Shown piece by piece: positions 19,288 to 28,605 of a stretch of DNA of 64,000 nt; the first letter of the stretch is position 1; each line of letters opens with the position of its first letter. The position numbers and the translations under genes are program-made. Source of the DNA: Negativicutes bacterium (GTDB lineage: Bacteria; Bacillota; Negativicutes; UBA1444); the NCBI GenBank assembly GCA_963665275.2, contig CAXXIN010000013.1:32001-96000 (forward strand), written 5' to 3'. The notes under the pieces are model-generated. The model worked only from the letters and a program-made list of their open reading frames with translations. It had not been told where the DNA came from and ran no database searches.

Positions 19288-20124
19288 CTAATCCTGCCAT
19301 TTTCGCAGTACAGTTTCCAGCACCATCACCGTGCTGACGGTTCCGATCCCACCCGGGACCGGCGTAATAGCCGACGCCACCGCGCTGACGCTTTCATAAT
19401 CGACATCACCGACAATAGAGCCGTCCAACTCGTTGATGCCCACATCCACCACCACAGCGCCCGGTTTGATCATCTCCCCGGTAATCAGGCGGGGCTTGCC
19501 GACGGCTGCCACTACCATGTCAGCCTGCCGCAGAAAATATTCCAAATGGGGGGTTTTCGAATGGCAGACCGTTACTGTCGCATCCCGCGCCAGCAAAAGC
19601 TGAACCAACGGCTTGCCGACGACATTGCTGCGTCCGACGATCACGGCATGTTTGCCGGCGATAGGGATCCCGTAGTAATCCAGAACTGTCATGACCGCCC
19701 TCGGCGTGCATGGCGCCCAGGGGCTCTTGCCTGCCGCCACCAGTCCGACATTGAGGGGATGCATGGCATCCACATCCTTATCCGGATCGATGCTGCGGGC
19801 CACGATGTCCGCATCGATCTGCGCCGGCAACGGCATCATCGGCAAAATGCCACTGACCACTGGGTTTTGGTTAAGCTGGCCGATCAGTTCCAAAATTTCC
19901 GTCTGCGTCGTTTCCCCAGACAACGCAGCCAGGTGATAGTTGATCCCCAGACTGCTGCACAACTTGCCGAGCCATTCCGCATAAATAATGGAGGCATGAT
20001 TGTCACCCACGAGGAGCACTGCCAGTCCGCATTCGACATTTTTCGCCTGCAGGCGTTTCGCTTTTTCGGCCAGCCGGGCCCTTACGGCGGCAGCTGCCGG
20101 TTTCCCTTCCAGAATCAGAGCCAT
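19288..20124 (-). CDS. folD: Methylene-THF dehydrogenase/cyclohydrolase
   Basis: KDVDA, PCTP, GRSNVVGKP, DVGIN and TPVPGG. Confidence 0.95.
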   Translation of the reverse strand: MALILEGKPAAAAVRARLAEKAKRLQAKNVECGLAVLLVGDNHASIIYAEWLGKLCSSLGINYHLAALSGETTQTEILELIGQLNQNPVVSGILPMMPLPAQIDADIVARSIDPDKDVDAMHPLNVGLVAAGKSPWAPCTPRAVMTVLDYYGIPIAGKHAVIVGRSNVVGKPLVQLLLARDATVTVCHSKTPHLEYFLRQADMVVAAVGKPRLITGEMIKPGAVVVDVGINELDGSIVGDVDYESVSAVASAITPVPGGIGTVSTVMVLETVLRKWQD

Positions 20125-20139
20125 CGCGCGGAAACCCTC

Positions 20140-21810
20140 CTAAAACAATCCGGAAATCCGGCCTTCATTATCCACATCGATCTTCTCAGCCGCCGGCACG
20201 CGAGGCAACCCCGGCATGGTCATGATTTCACCCGTCAGCATCACCACGAAGCCTGCGCCAGCAGAAACCTTCGCTTGCCGGACCGTTATGCAAAATCCTT
20301 GTGGCCGCCCCAGCAGCGTGGGATCATCCGACAACGAATACTGGGTCTTGGCCATGCAGACAGGAAAATTCCCGTAGCCCATGGCCGTGAGTTTTTCGAT
20401 GCTTTGCTCCGCCTCTTTCGTGAACAGCGCATCCTCCGCACCGTATATTTCCCGGGCAATAGTCCGAACTTTTTCCTTGAGAGGCATTTCCAGCGGGTAA
20501 ATCGGCTGGTAGGAGCCCTGATCTTTTTCCAGCAGGGCCAGCAGTTTCTCGGCCACGGCGATGCCACCATCGCCGCCGTCGCTGAACACCTTCGACTCTG
20601 CCGCCGGCACGCCGTGCCGTTCACAGATGGACAGCACTGCGGCCAACTCAGCTGCGGTGTCCGTCGGGAACCGGTTGACGGCTACCACGATGGGCAGGCC
20701 AAACTTCTGCATGTTTTCGATATGCTTCTCCAGATTGCCGGCTCCATGCACAACAGCCTGCACATTTTCCACGCCAAGCTCAGCTTTTGGAACACCGCCG
20801 TGCATCTTGAGCGCCCGAACTGTGGCGACCAGTACGACGGCCGCCGGTTTGAGGCCGCCCATCCGACATTTGATATCGAGGAACTTTTCTGCGCCGAGAT
20901 CTGCGCCGAAGCCTGCTTCCGTCACCGCATAATCCGCCAGCTTGAGTCCCATCCGGGTCGCCGACAGGCTATTGCAGCCATGCGCGATATTCGCGAATGG
21001 ACCTCCGTGGATGATGGCCGGCACATTTTCCAGCGTCTGCACCAGATTGGGTTTGATGGCTTCCTTGAGCAGCGCCGCCATCGCGCCGTGCACCTTGAGC
21101 GCGCCTGCAGTGACCGCATCGCCGGCATAAGTATACCCGACCACGATCCGGGAAAGTTTTTCTTTCAAATCCGAAATGTCTTTTGAAAGGCAGAGCACCG
21201 CCATGACTTCCGAGGCCACGGTGATATCGAAGCCGTCTTCGCGTGGCACTCCATGGGCTTTGCCGCCCAACCCGACGACGATATTGCGCAGCGCGCGGTC
21301 ATTCATGTCCACCGCCCGCCGCCAAACGATCCGACGTGGGTCAATGCCCAGAACATTGCCCTGTTGGAGATGGTTGTCAAGCGCAGCCGAAAGCAGGGCA
21401 TGCGCTGTCGAAATCGCATGGAAATCCCCGGTAAAATGCAGGTTGATGTCTTCCATCGGCACTACCTGAGAATAACCGCCCCCTGCCGCACCGCCCTTGA
21501 GTCCCATGCAGGGGCCCAGAGAAGGTTCGCGGAGCATGATGATGGCTTTTTTGCCCAGTTTAACGAGAGCCTGGGTCACCCCGATGGTCGTTGTCGTTTT
21601 GCCTTCTCCGGCAGGCGTCGGCGTGATCGCCGTCACCAGGATCAGCTTGCCATCGGGCCGCGACCCGATGTCCTTCCATAGATCCAGCGATAGTTTGGCC
21701 TTGTAATGCCCGTAATTTTCAACGTGCCGGCTGTCTATTCCCAAAGCTGCGGCTATTTCGCCGATAGGTTTCATGTGGGCGGCCTGGGCGATTTCGATGT
21801 CACTAAGCAA
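20140..21810 (-). CDS. fhs: Formate-tetrahydrofolate ligase
   Basis: [35 protein letters not shown] and MTMPGLP; TTG start at 21810 with RBS AAGGAGG. Confidence 0.97.
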   Translation of the reverse strand: MLSDIEIAQAAHMKPIGEIAAALGIDSRHVENYGHYKAKLSLDLWKDIGSRPDGKLILVTAITPTPAGEGKTTTTIGVTQALVKLGKKAIIMLREPSLGPCMGLKGGAAGGGYSQVVPMEDINLHFTGDFHAISTAHALLSAALDNHLQQGNVLGIDPRRIVWRRAVDMNDRALRNIVVGLGGKAHGVPREDGFDITVASEVMAVLCLSKDISDLKEKLSRIVVGYTYAGDAVTAGALKVHGAMAALLKEAIKPNLVQTLENVPAIIHGGPFANIAHGCNSLSATRMGLKLADYAVTEAGFGADLGAEKFLDIKCRMGGLKPAAVVLVATVRALKMHGGVPKAELGVENVQAVVHGAGNLEKHIENMQKFGLPIVVAVNRFPTDTAAELAAVLSICERHGVPAAESKVFSDGGDGGIAVAEKLLALLEKDQGSYQPIYPLEMPLKEKVRTIAREIYGAEDALFTKEAEQSIEKLTAMGYGNFPVCMAKTQYSLSDDPTLLGRPQGFCITVRQAKVSAGAGFVVMLTGEIMTMPGLPRVPAAEKIDVDNEGRISGLF

Positions 21811-21926
21811 CGGTGATCCCTCCTTGTATCGCAATCAGAATTCCAGAATCAGACGTTTAGGAAAGTTACTTTCAGTATCTGTTTCTTTCGTGAGAATCGA
21901 TGCTTTTTCCTGCAGAACCGCCGGCA

Positions 21927-23654
21927 CTATTTCGGCCGCTTGCGCCGCAAAAGTTCCCGCACTTCTGCCACATCCCTCGTATTCAAAACATCAGCAGGTT
22001 CCAGCCAACCTTTGCGGGCAATGCCAATCCCGTAGGAAACGACGGACAGTTCTTCCGTAGAGTGCGCATCCGGATTGACGGCCAAAAGCACGCCCGCTTC
22101 TTTTGCCTGACGGCACCAGCGCCAATCAAGATCGAGGCGGTAGGGGCTCGCGTTAATCTCGATTATCGTGGCGGTTTCCGCAGCCGTCCTGAGGATCGCG
22201 TTCAGATCGACCGGGTACCCTTCTCGGGCCAGTAGCAGTCTGCCTGTGGGATGTCCCAGCATCGTCAGGTACGGACTCTGCATCGCTTTCACGATCCGCT
22301 CGGTCATGGCCCGTTCCTCCATGCCGAAAGAAGAGTGCACAGAACCGATTACAAAATCAAATCCGGACAGTACTTCGTCGGAGTAGTCCAACGAACCGTC
22401 CGGTAAAATATCACTCTCTATTCCGGCAAATATTCGAAAATCCGGATGCGCCGCATTGTACTCATCGATTTCACGGCGCTGATCCGCCACGGCTTCGTCC
22501 TTGAGCCCGCCGGCATAAAAGGCGCTCCGGCTGTGGTCGGTGATCCCGATATAGCTCCAGCCGATTTTCCGGGCGGCTGCCGCCATCTGCGCCACTGTTG
22601 CCCGGCCGTCCGACCAGGTCGTGTGCAGATGAAAGACGCCACGCAACTGGTTTTCCTTCACGAGTTCCGGTAGCGTCCCGGCCAGCGCGGCTAAAATTTC
22701 ATCGCCGCCTTCCCGTAGTTCCGGCTCGATATAGGCCATCCCCAACAACCGGTACAGAGCTGCTTCATCCTCAATCGGAACCTGTGAACCGTCAGTGCGT
22801 TCCACACCGTATTCGTTGATTTTCAAACCCATATCCCTTGCCAGACCCCGCAGGTTCACGTTGTGTTCCCGGCTTCCAGTGAAATGATGCAATGCGCAGG
22901 GGTACTCCTTCGGCGTCACCGCCCGCACATCCACATTCAGTCCGTTTCCCAGGGTGACGCTGGTTTTGGTCGGACCTTGGGCGATCACGGACAGCAGGCC
23001 GGGAAGTTCGATCACCGCCTGCATCACTGGCGTCGAATCTATTGCTCCCACCACGATGTCGATATCCCCAATGGTTTCCTTTTGCCGGCGGATGCTGCCG
23101 GCTACCGCGGCCGCGCTTACCCCCGGGATTTTCGCCAACTGCATGACGATTTTCTCCGCCACCGGCCGGGCATCGCTGATCAGATACCGGCCCTGAAAAC
23201 GTCGCAGGGATTCGATTCCTGCCAGTATCTTCGTCTGCGTTTTGGCGCCGAATCCAGGAAGTTCCACCAGTCGGTTTTCCTTGCAGGCATATTCCAGTTC
23301 GCCAATGGACGCTACTCCCAGCTTCGAATGAATGGCCAGCGCTTTTTTGGCGCCCAGGCCGGGAATCTTGACCATTTCGAACAGCACAGGGGGAATCGAC
23401 GCCTTGAGATCATCATGGTAAGCAATGCGACCGGTTGCAATAAATTCCGCTGCTTTGGCTGCGATCGCCTTGCCGACGCCCGGAATATCTTCCAGCCTGC
23501 CCTCTCGGGCCAACACTGCCGGATCTTCATCCAGCTGCTCAAAAACGCGGGCCGCAGCTTCGTAAGCGCGGATTTTAAAAGGGTTATCACCCTTCAGCTC
23601 CAACCATGCGGCAATATCCAGGAATAAACCGGCGAGTTTTTCCTTGTCACTCAT
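21927..23654 (-). CDS. polX: DNA polymerase X / PHP 3'-5' exonuclease
   Basis: NPFKIRAY, HhH repeats, GSIRR..GDID, FTGS; PHP motifs HLHTTWSDG, TDHS and DAH. Confidence 0.95.
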   Translation of the reverse strand: MSDKEKLAGLFLDIAAWLELKGDNPFKIRAYEAAARVFEQLDEDPAVLAREGRLEDIPGVGKAIAAKAAEFIATGRIAYHDDLKASIPPVLFEMVKIPGLGAKKALAIHSKLGVASIGELEYACKENRLVELPGFGAKTQTKILAGIESLRRFQGRYLISDARPVAEKIVMQLAKIPGVSAAAVAGSIRRQKETIGDIDIVVGAIDSTPVMQAVIELPGLLSVIAQGPTKTSVTLGNGLNVDVRAVTPKEYPCALHHFTGSREHNVNLRGLARDMGLKINEYGVERTDGSQVPIEDEAALYRLLGMAYIEPELREGGDEILAALAGTLPELVKENQLRGVFHLHTTWSDGRATVAQMAAAARKIGWSYIGITDHSRSAFYAGGLKDEAVADQRREIDEYNAAHPDFRIFAGIESDILPDGSLDYSDEVLSGFDFVIGSVHSSFGMEERAMTERIVKAMQSPYLTMLGHPTGRLLLAREGYPVDLNAILRTAAETATIIEINASPYRLDLDWRWCRQAKEAGVLLAVNPDAHSTEELSVVSYGIGIARKGWLEPADVLNTRDVAEVRELLRRKRPK

Positions 23655-23660
23655 TACTCG

Positions 23661-25625
23661 CTACCTCGACTCAAAATAGACCTTGACCTCCGCCCCCCAC
23701 GGCGCCGCTGAATTCGGGGGCAGGCTTTGACGAACAGCAACCCCGCTTCCTTCGGGCAGCAACGAAAAACCTGCCTGTTTTAAAAGCAACGCCGCTTCCC
23801 GAATGGTCCTGCCTCTAACATCCGGCACAAGGATTTTCCCCTGCGTCTGAACCGGCAGCGATTTCATCGGAGTTACCGGTGCGCGCTGAGCCGTTTTGGG
23901 AGGCTGGAACGCGGGAAGGGCCTGCGACGGACGCAGTCCCAGAATCCTGACGACCTGAGTCATTGCCTCGGCGAACACCGGCGCGGCGATTTCACCACCA
24001 TAGTAGAGCCCCTTCGGGCTGTCAATCACGACCATCCCTGCCAACTGAATGTCTTCCACCGGCCCGATGCCGACAAAAGAAGCGATATAGCGACCGGGAT
24101 CATAGCCGGCGCCATTGTCCCGCAACCTTTCGGCCGTCCCTGTCTTGCCGGCGAAGCGGAACCCCTCTACTCTCGCCCTTTTACCGCCGCCTTCGGTCAG
24201 CACCTTCTCCATCAGTCCGACCATTTCATTGGCCACTTCCGGCGATACGACTTGCCGAACCAACTGCGGGGCGGAGTAACTGACCAATAGACCGTCACTG
24301 TCGCGAATTTCCTTGATAATATGAGGTTTCAGCAATTTTCCCTCATTGGCCAACGCGGAGACTGCCGTGATCATCTGCAACGGAGTGACTGCGATCGCCT
24401 GCCCTATTCCCATGGTAGCGACATCGGCTGGTTGCATTGCTTTCAGGCTAATGAGGATCCCGTCCTCTTCCCCGGGGAGTTCGATTCCTGTTGCTTTGCC
24501 GAACCCGAAGGCCTCCGAATACTTCAGCATCCGGGCTCCGCCCATACGCTTCGCGACTTCAGCGAATCCGGTGTTGATGGAGTACTTCACGAAATCCGAA
24601 AAAGGCATCCGTCCGTAGCTACCGCCGTCCCAGTTCTGGATTACCCGGCCGCCGACATCGATAGCGCCGGTATCGTTGAGCACTTCATTCGCCGTAACCA
24701 CTTTTTCCTGAATAGCCGCCGCCGCCACAACGGACTTGAAGGTGGACCCCGGCTCATAGATCGATGCAATCGCCCGATTTCGCCAGATGTTCTCCGGAAA
24801 GCGGAAGAAGGAATTCGGGTTGAAAGCAGGCCGGCTGGCCATGGCTAGAATTTCGCCGGTCTTGGGGTTCATCACGATCATGGTAGCCGCCTGCGCCCCC
24901 GTGCGTGCAAGGGCATTGTCCAGCGCCTGTTCCACCGCGAACTGAACCGCATTGTCGATCGTCAAATAGATGGATTGACCGGACTTGGGCTTCTGAAAAG
25001 CGAAAATTGATTTGAAAATCGGGATTCCCTTGCTGTCGGTGTCCAGAATCTGTTTGTGGGTCTGCCCACGGATCGAATCATCCATCGCCATCTCGATACC
25101 GGTCAGCCCCTTGTCATCAGTGCCGACGAAGCCCAAAATGTGAGCAGCCAAAAAGTCATTGGGATAGACGCGCCGACTCTCTTCCAGAAATCCCAGGCCG
25201 CGAATTTTGTCCCTGGCAATCGCCTCAGCCACTCGCTGGTACTCGTCAGGTTCCAAGGTCCGTTTCAGCCAGATGAAAGCCCCCTTCACCTTCAGCCGAT
25301 CCTGCAGCAATTTTTCGTCCATGTTGAGCAGTTGCGCAAGCTGTTTCGCCAACTTGTCCGGTTCTTTTACTTCCCGTGGATCGGCATACAGAGACTTGGC
25401 CATATGGCTGATGGCCAGTTCCTTGCCCTTTCTGTCATAGATCGCCCCGCGCGGAGTTTTCAGACTGCGGCTCTCCTGCAGCTGTTCACGCGCCCGCTCG
25501 GACCATATCCGCCCGTCCACGAGCTGAACCCAGGCCAAGCGTCCTGCCAGCAGGAACAATAGGCCGACAAGCAAAAGGCATAATTTCTTAAAGCGTTTTC
25601 CTGAAGGCAAATTACTTACAGACAA
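23661..25625 (-). CDS. Class B penicillin-binding protein (FtsI/SpoVD-like) with PASTA domain
   Basis: N-terminal TM, RGAIYDR, YEPGSTFK (SxxK), SIN, KTGT and C-terminal VPDVRG PASTA; TTG 25625 start is a best guess. Confidence 0.9.
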   Translation of the reverse strand: MSVSNLPSGKRFKKLCLLLVGLLFLLAGRLAWVQLVDGRIWSERAREQLQESRSLKTPRGAIYDRKGKELAISHMAKSLYADPREVKEPDKLAKQLAQLLNMDEKLLQDRLKVKGAFIWLKRTLEPDEYQRVAEAIARDKIRGLGFLEESRRVYPNDFLAAHILGFVGTDDKGLTGIEMAMDDSIRGQTHKQILDTDSKGIPIFKSIFAFQKPKSGQSIYLTIDNAVQFAVEQALDNALARTGAQAATMIVMNPKTGEILAMASRPAFNPNSFFRFPENIWRNRAIASIYEPGSTFKSVVAAAAIQEKVVTANEVLNDTGAIDVGGRVIQNWDGGSYGRMPFSDFVKYSINTGFAEVAKRMGGARMLKYSEAFGFGKATGIELPGEEDGILISLKAMQPADVATMGIGQAIAVTPLQMITAVSALANEGKLLKPHIIKEIRDSDGLLVSYSAPQLVRQVVSPEVANEMVGLMEKVLTEGGGKRARVEGFRFAGKTGTAERLRDNGAGYDPGRYIASFVGIGPVEDIQLAGMVVIDSPKGLYYGGEIAAPVFAEAMTQVVRILGLRPSQALPAFQPPKTAQRAPVTPMKSLPVQTQGKILVPDVRGRTIREAALLLKQAGFSLLPEGSGVAVRQSLPPNSAAPWGAEVKVYFESR

Positions 25626-25630
25626 AATCT

Positions 25631-26701
25631 CTACGAACCTTTCTCCTGCAATAGTTCCCCGAATTCTTTGTCCACCCGGGCTGCCACCTTGCGATGCGGG
25701 CCGGCCCAAATCGCCGTCTGCAGCTCGTCGCGGCCCATCCATCGGGTTCCGTCAGCAGTTTTTTTCTGTATCCGCGGCGCCTTGCAATGAAAAATGCGCA
25801 TCCGCCATTCGCGGTGACTGAACGTGTGTGTCAAAGAGAACCACTCCGGTTCCAGCGACACCTCATGCCCCGTCGCCTGAAACCTTGCTTCAAGCAGTTC
25901 GATGCCCTCAGCGGAGGGAAACTCCCACATGCCGGCCAGCAAGCCTTTGGCGGGACGTTTCATGGCCAAAACCCGGCCGTCGGCGATTAAAATTCCAGTA
26001 TATACTTCCACGATCCGCACCGGAAGCGAACTCTTTTTTCGCGGCAGTGATCCCTGCACCCCGCTCTGGCGTGCACTGCAAAATTCTTTCCAAGGGCATT
26101 CCTCGCAGCAAGGATTCCTTGGCAGACAAACGATCGCGCCGAGTTCCATCAAGGCCTGGGTGATGTCCCCGTAGCGGGGGATTGTCGCCATCATGGCCCG
26201 AATCGTCGTATCAATCCGACGTCTCGCGCCTGCCTGCTCAATCAGATCCTCGATCTTCAGCAGCCGGCTGAGTACGCGGAGCACATTCCCGTCAATAGCC
26301 GGTTCCGGCTTGTTATGCGCGATGCTGAGGATCGCGCCTGCCGTGTAAGCGCCGATACCGGGCAGTGAAACCACCGCCTCGTGGGAGTCCGGCATTTGTC
26401 CGCCGTAACGCTCCACGACTTCCCGAACGCCGCGCTGCAGGTTACGGGCGCGGGAATAGTAGCCCAGTCCCTGCCAGAATGACATCAGTTCTTCTTCCGG
26501 TGCGCCGGCCAACGCCTGCATATCCGGAAACCGCTCCAGAAAACGTTGATAGTAAGGGATAACCGTTTCGACCCGGGTCTGTTGCAACATGATCTCAGAT
26601 ACCCAGATCCGGTATGGGTCGTTATCCGAGCGCCACGGCAAATTCCGCCGCGACCGGTCGTACCAGTCCAGCAGGCTCGTCGTCAGCTGTTCATCTGTCA
26701 T
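25631..26701 (-). CDS. mutY: A/G-specific adenine glycosylase
   Basis: WVSEIMLQQT, WQGLGYYSRA, LPGIGAYTA and the Fe-S Cys motif CLPRNPCCEECPWKEFC. Confidence 0.96.
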   Translation of the reverse strand: MTDEQLTTSLLDWYDRSRRNLPWRSDNDPYRIWVSEIMLQQTRVETVIPYYQRFLERFPDMQALAGAPEEELMSFWQGLGYYSRARNLQRGVREVVERYGGQMPDSHEAVVSLPGIGAYTAGAILSIAHNKPEPAIDGNVLRVLSRLLKIEDLIEQAGARRRIDTTIRAMMATIPRYGDITQALMELGAIVCLPRNPCCEECPWKEFCSARQSGVQGSLPRKKSSLPVRIVEVYTGILIADGRVLAMKRPAKGLLAGMWEFPSAEGIELLEARFQATGHEVSLEPEWFSLTHTFSHREWRMRIFHCKAPRIQKKTADGTRWMGRDELQTAIWAGPHRKVAARVDKEFGELLQEKGS

Positions 26702-27918
26702 CGTCCGTGCTGCGCCAATCGCTCTGCCAGGGTCTGTTTGGGCCGAAGGGAGGTCTGTTTTTGCGGCGCGTCACCGCCGGGCTTTTTGCCCCGCCGGGCC
26801 GACTCCACAGCTACGCTGAACAGCAGCCCCATCGCCCAGATGTTGACGAACAGGGCAGTCCCGCCGTAACTGAAAAAGGGCATAGGCACACCGGTAACCG
26901 GCAACAGGCTTAGCACCATGGCAATATTGCCGACTGCCTGCCCCACAATCATGAACACGATTCCGATCGCCAGGATGCGTCCCCGCCCGTCGGAAGACTC
27001 CAGCGCGATGCGGATGCCGTAACAGGCCATGGCTCCGATCAGCAACAACACGAGCACGGCGCCGACGAACCCTGTTTCCTGCGCCCAGATCGCGAAAGCA
27101 AAATCGGTGTGGGCCTCCGGCAGATAATAAAATTTACTTGCCCCCATGCCCAGCCCGGTTCCCTTAAGTCCGCCGGAGCCGATCGCCAGCAGGGACTGCA
27201 GCGGCTGATAGCCGCTGGTCTGCGAATATCCTTCCGGATTGAACCAGGCCAGAATACGTTCAGCTCGGTAGGCCGCGCGAAAAGTGAGCCAGAGGACCCC
27301 TGCGCTGCCGCACACAGCCAGTAGGATCTTTTCCCGGTTCGGAATGCCTGCCACCAGGTAGGGAACCAGGCACATCGCGCCGATGATCATACCGGTCCCC
27401 ATATCCGGCTGGATGGTCACCAAGGCGGCCATCGCCCCGGTCACCAACAGCGGGTATGAGAATAGCGAAACGGACCTGCGATCCAGCCGGGGTCCGATGT
27501 ATGCCGCCGCCAGCAATACAGCGACCAGCTTCGCCAGCTCGGACGGCTGAAACGTCGTAATCCTGCTCAAAGAAAGCCATCGTCGCGCCCCGTTGGCTTC
27601 GATGCCAAAAAAAAGAACGGCGATCAACAACCCGATCGTCACGATCGCGCAGATCGATATGCGTTTCAAAAACCAGTTGTAGCCCTTGCTGATGATAAAG
27701 GCCATACCGGCCAAACCGATGGCGGTAGCGGCAAAATGGCGTTTCAGAAAGTACAGGCTGTCGCCGAGCAGCTGCGATCCCAATACAAAACTGGCGCTGA
27801 ACACGTTGACCGTGCCGACCAGAAACAGCAGGATCGTCACAAAACCCAGCCCCTCGAGAGGGCTCGCCCATATCCGCGGCCAAAACCCCACGCGGACCGG
27901 CGTCTCCATCTCAGCCAA
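26698..27918 (-). CDS. ftsW: SEDS family peptidoglycan glycosyltransferase (FtsW/RodA/SpoVE)
   Basis: GARRW, FQPSELAK, QPDMGT, LPEAHTDF and PFFSYGG. Confidence 0.88.
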   Translation of the reverse strand: MAEMETPVRVGFWPRIWASPLEGLGFVTILLFLVGTVNVFSASFVLGSQLLGDSLYFLKRHFAATAIGLAGMAFIISKGYNWFLKRISICAIVTIGLLIAVLFFGIEANGARRWLSLSRITTFQPSELAKLVAVLLAAAYIGPRLDRRSVSLFSYPLLVTGAMAALVTIQPDMGTGMIIGAMCLVPYLVAGIPNREKILLAVCGSAGVLWLTFRAAYRAERILAWFNPEGYSQTSGYQPLQSLLAIGSGGLKGTGLGMGASKFYYLPEAHTDFAFAIWAQETGFVGAVLVLLLIGAMACYGIRIALESSDGRGRILAIGIVFMIVGQAVGNIAMVLSLLPVTGVPMPFFSYGGTALFVNIWAMGLLFSVAVESARRGKKPGGDAPQKQTSLRPKQTLAERLAQHGR

Positions 27919-28591
27919 TCTCAGTCGCCTCCTCCGTCACTTTGCAGAACCGCGCCTCACAAAAGTGCACAGGCAACCCCGCTGCAGAAAACTTCTCCTC
28001 ATATTCTGTCATGATGGGCTGACTCTCCAAATTACCGGCATGAAAATCATACGACACAGCCAGTAGGTCCATGCCTACTGCCTCAAACGAACCCAGTGAA
28101 TAGTCGAACAGATCCCGATTATCCGTTTTCAGACGAAGGACTCCTGTCGGCGCCAGCACCTGCCGGTAAAGAGCCAGGAAATCTTCGTGCGTCAGCCTTC
28201 TTTTATCATGGCGGTTTTTCGGCCAAGGATCACAAAAATGGATGTAGAGACCGTCGATTTCGGCCGGAGCAAACAGTTGCGTCAAAAACTGCACATCGCC
28301 CAGGATGAATTTCAAATTATCCAGCCCCAGTTCACGGGCCTTTCGTACCGCCTGCACGAGCACGCCGGGCTCCTTCTCCATGCCGATAAAACAAGCCTCT
28401 GGATGTTTTTGCGCCATCTCGCGCAGAAACTGCCCCTTGCCGGTTCCCAGTTCGACGTACAGCGGCCCCGCTACAGGAAAACTGTTCTTCCACTCACCGC
28501 GCCCGGCAAAATTTTCGTCAAAAACCACCACGGTTCCAACAAATCCCCGCAGGATTTCCTCCATGCCGGGTCTTCTTCGCAAACGTCCCAT
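27911..28591 (-). CDS. trmB: tRNA (guanine-N7)-methyltransferase
   Basis: ELGTGKG, FCDPWPK..H.KRRL, KTD and TEYEEKF; start re-set to ATG 28591. Confidence 0.95.
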   Translation of the reverse strand: MGRLRRRPGMEEILRGFVGTVVVFDENFAGRGEWKNSFPVAGPLYVELGTGKGQFLREMAQKHPEACFIGMEKEPGVLVQAVRKARELGLDNLKFILGDVQFLTQLFAPAEIDGLYIHFCDPWPKNRHDKRRLTHEDFLALYRQVLAPTGVLRLKTDNRDLFDYSLGSFEAVGMDLLAVSYDFHAGNLESQPIMTEYEEKFSAAGLPVHFCEARFCKVTEEATEIG

Positions 28592-28605
28592 CCGCCGGGA
28601 TACAC

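Noticed and set aside
19546-21186. 546-aa plus-strand ORF
   Set aside because: Antisense shadow of folD/fhs with no recognisable motifs; expected with GC-rich codon bias
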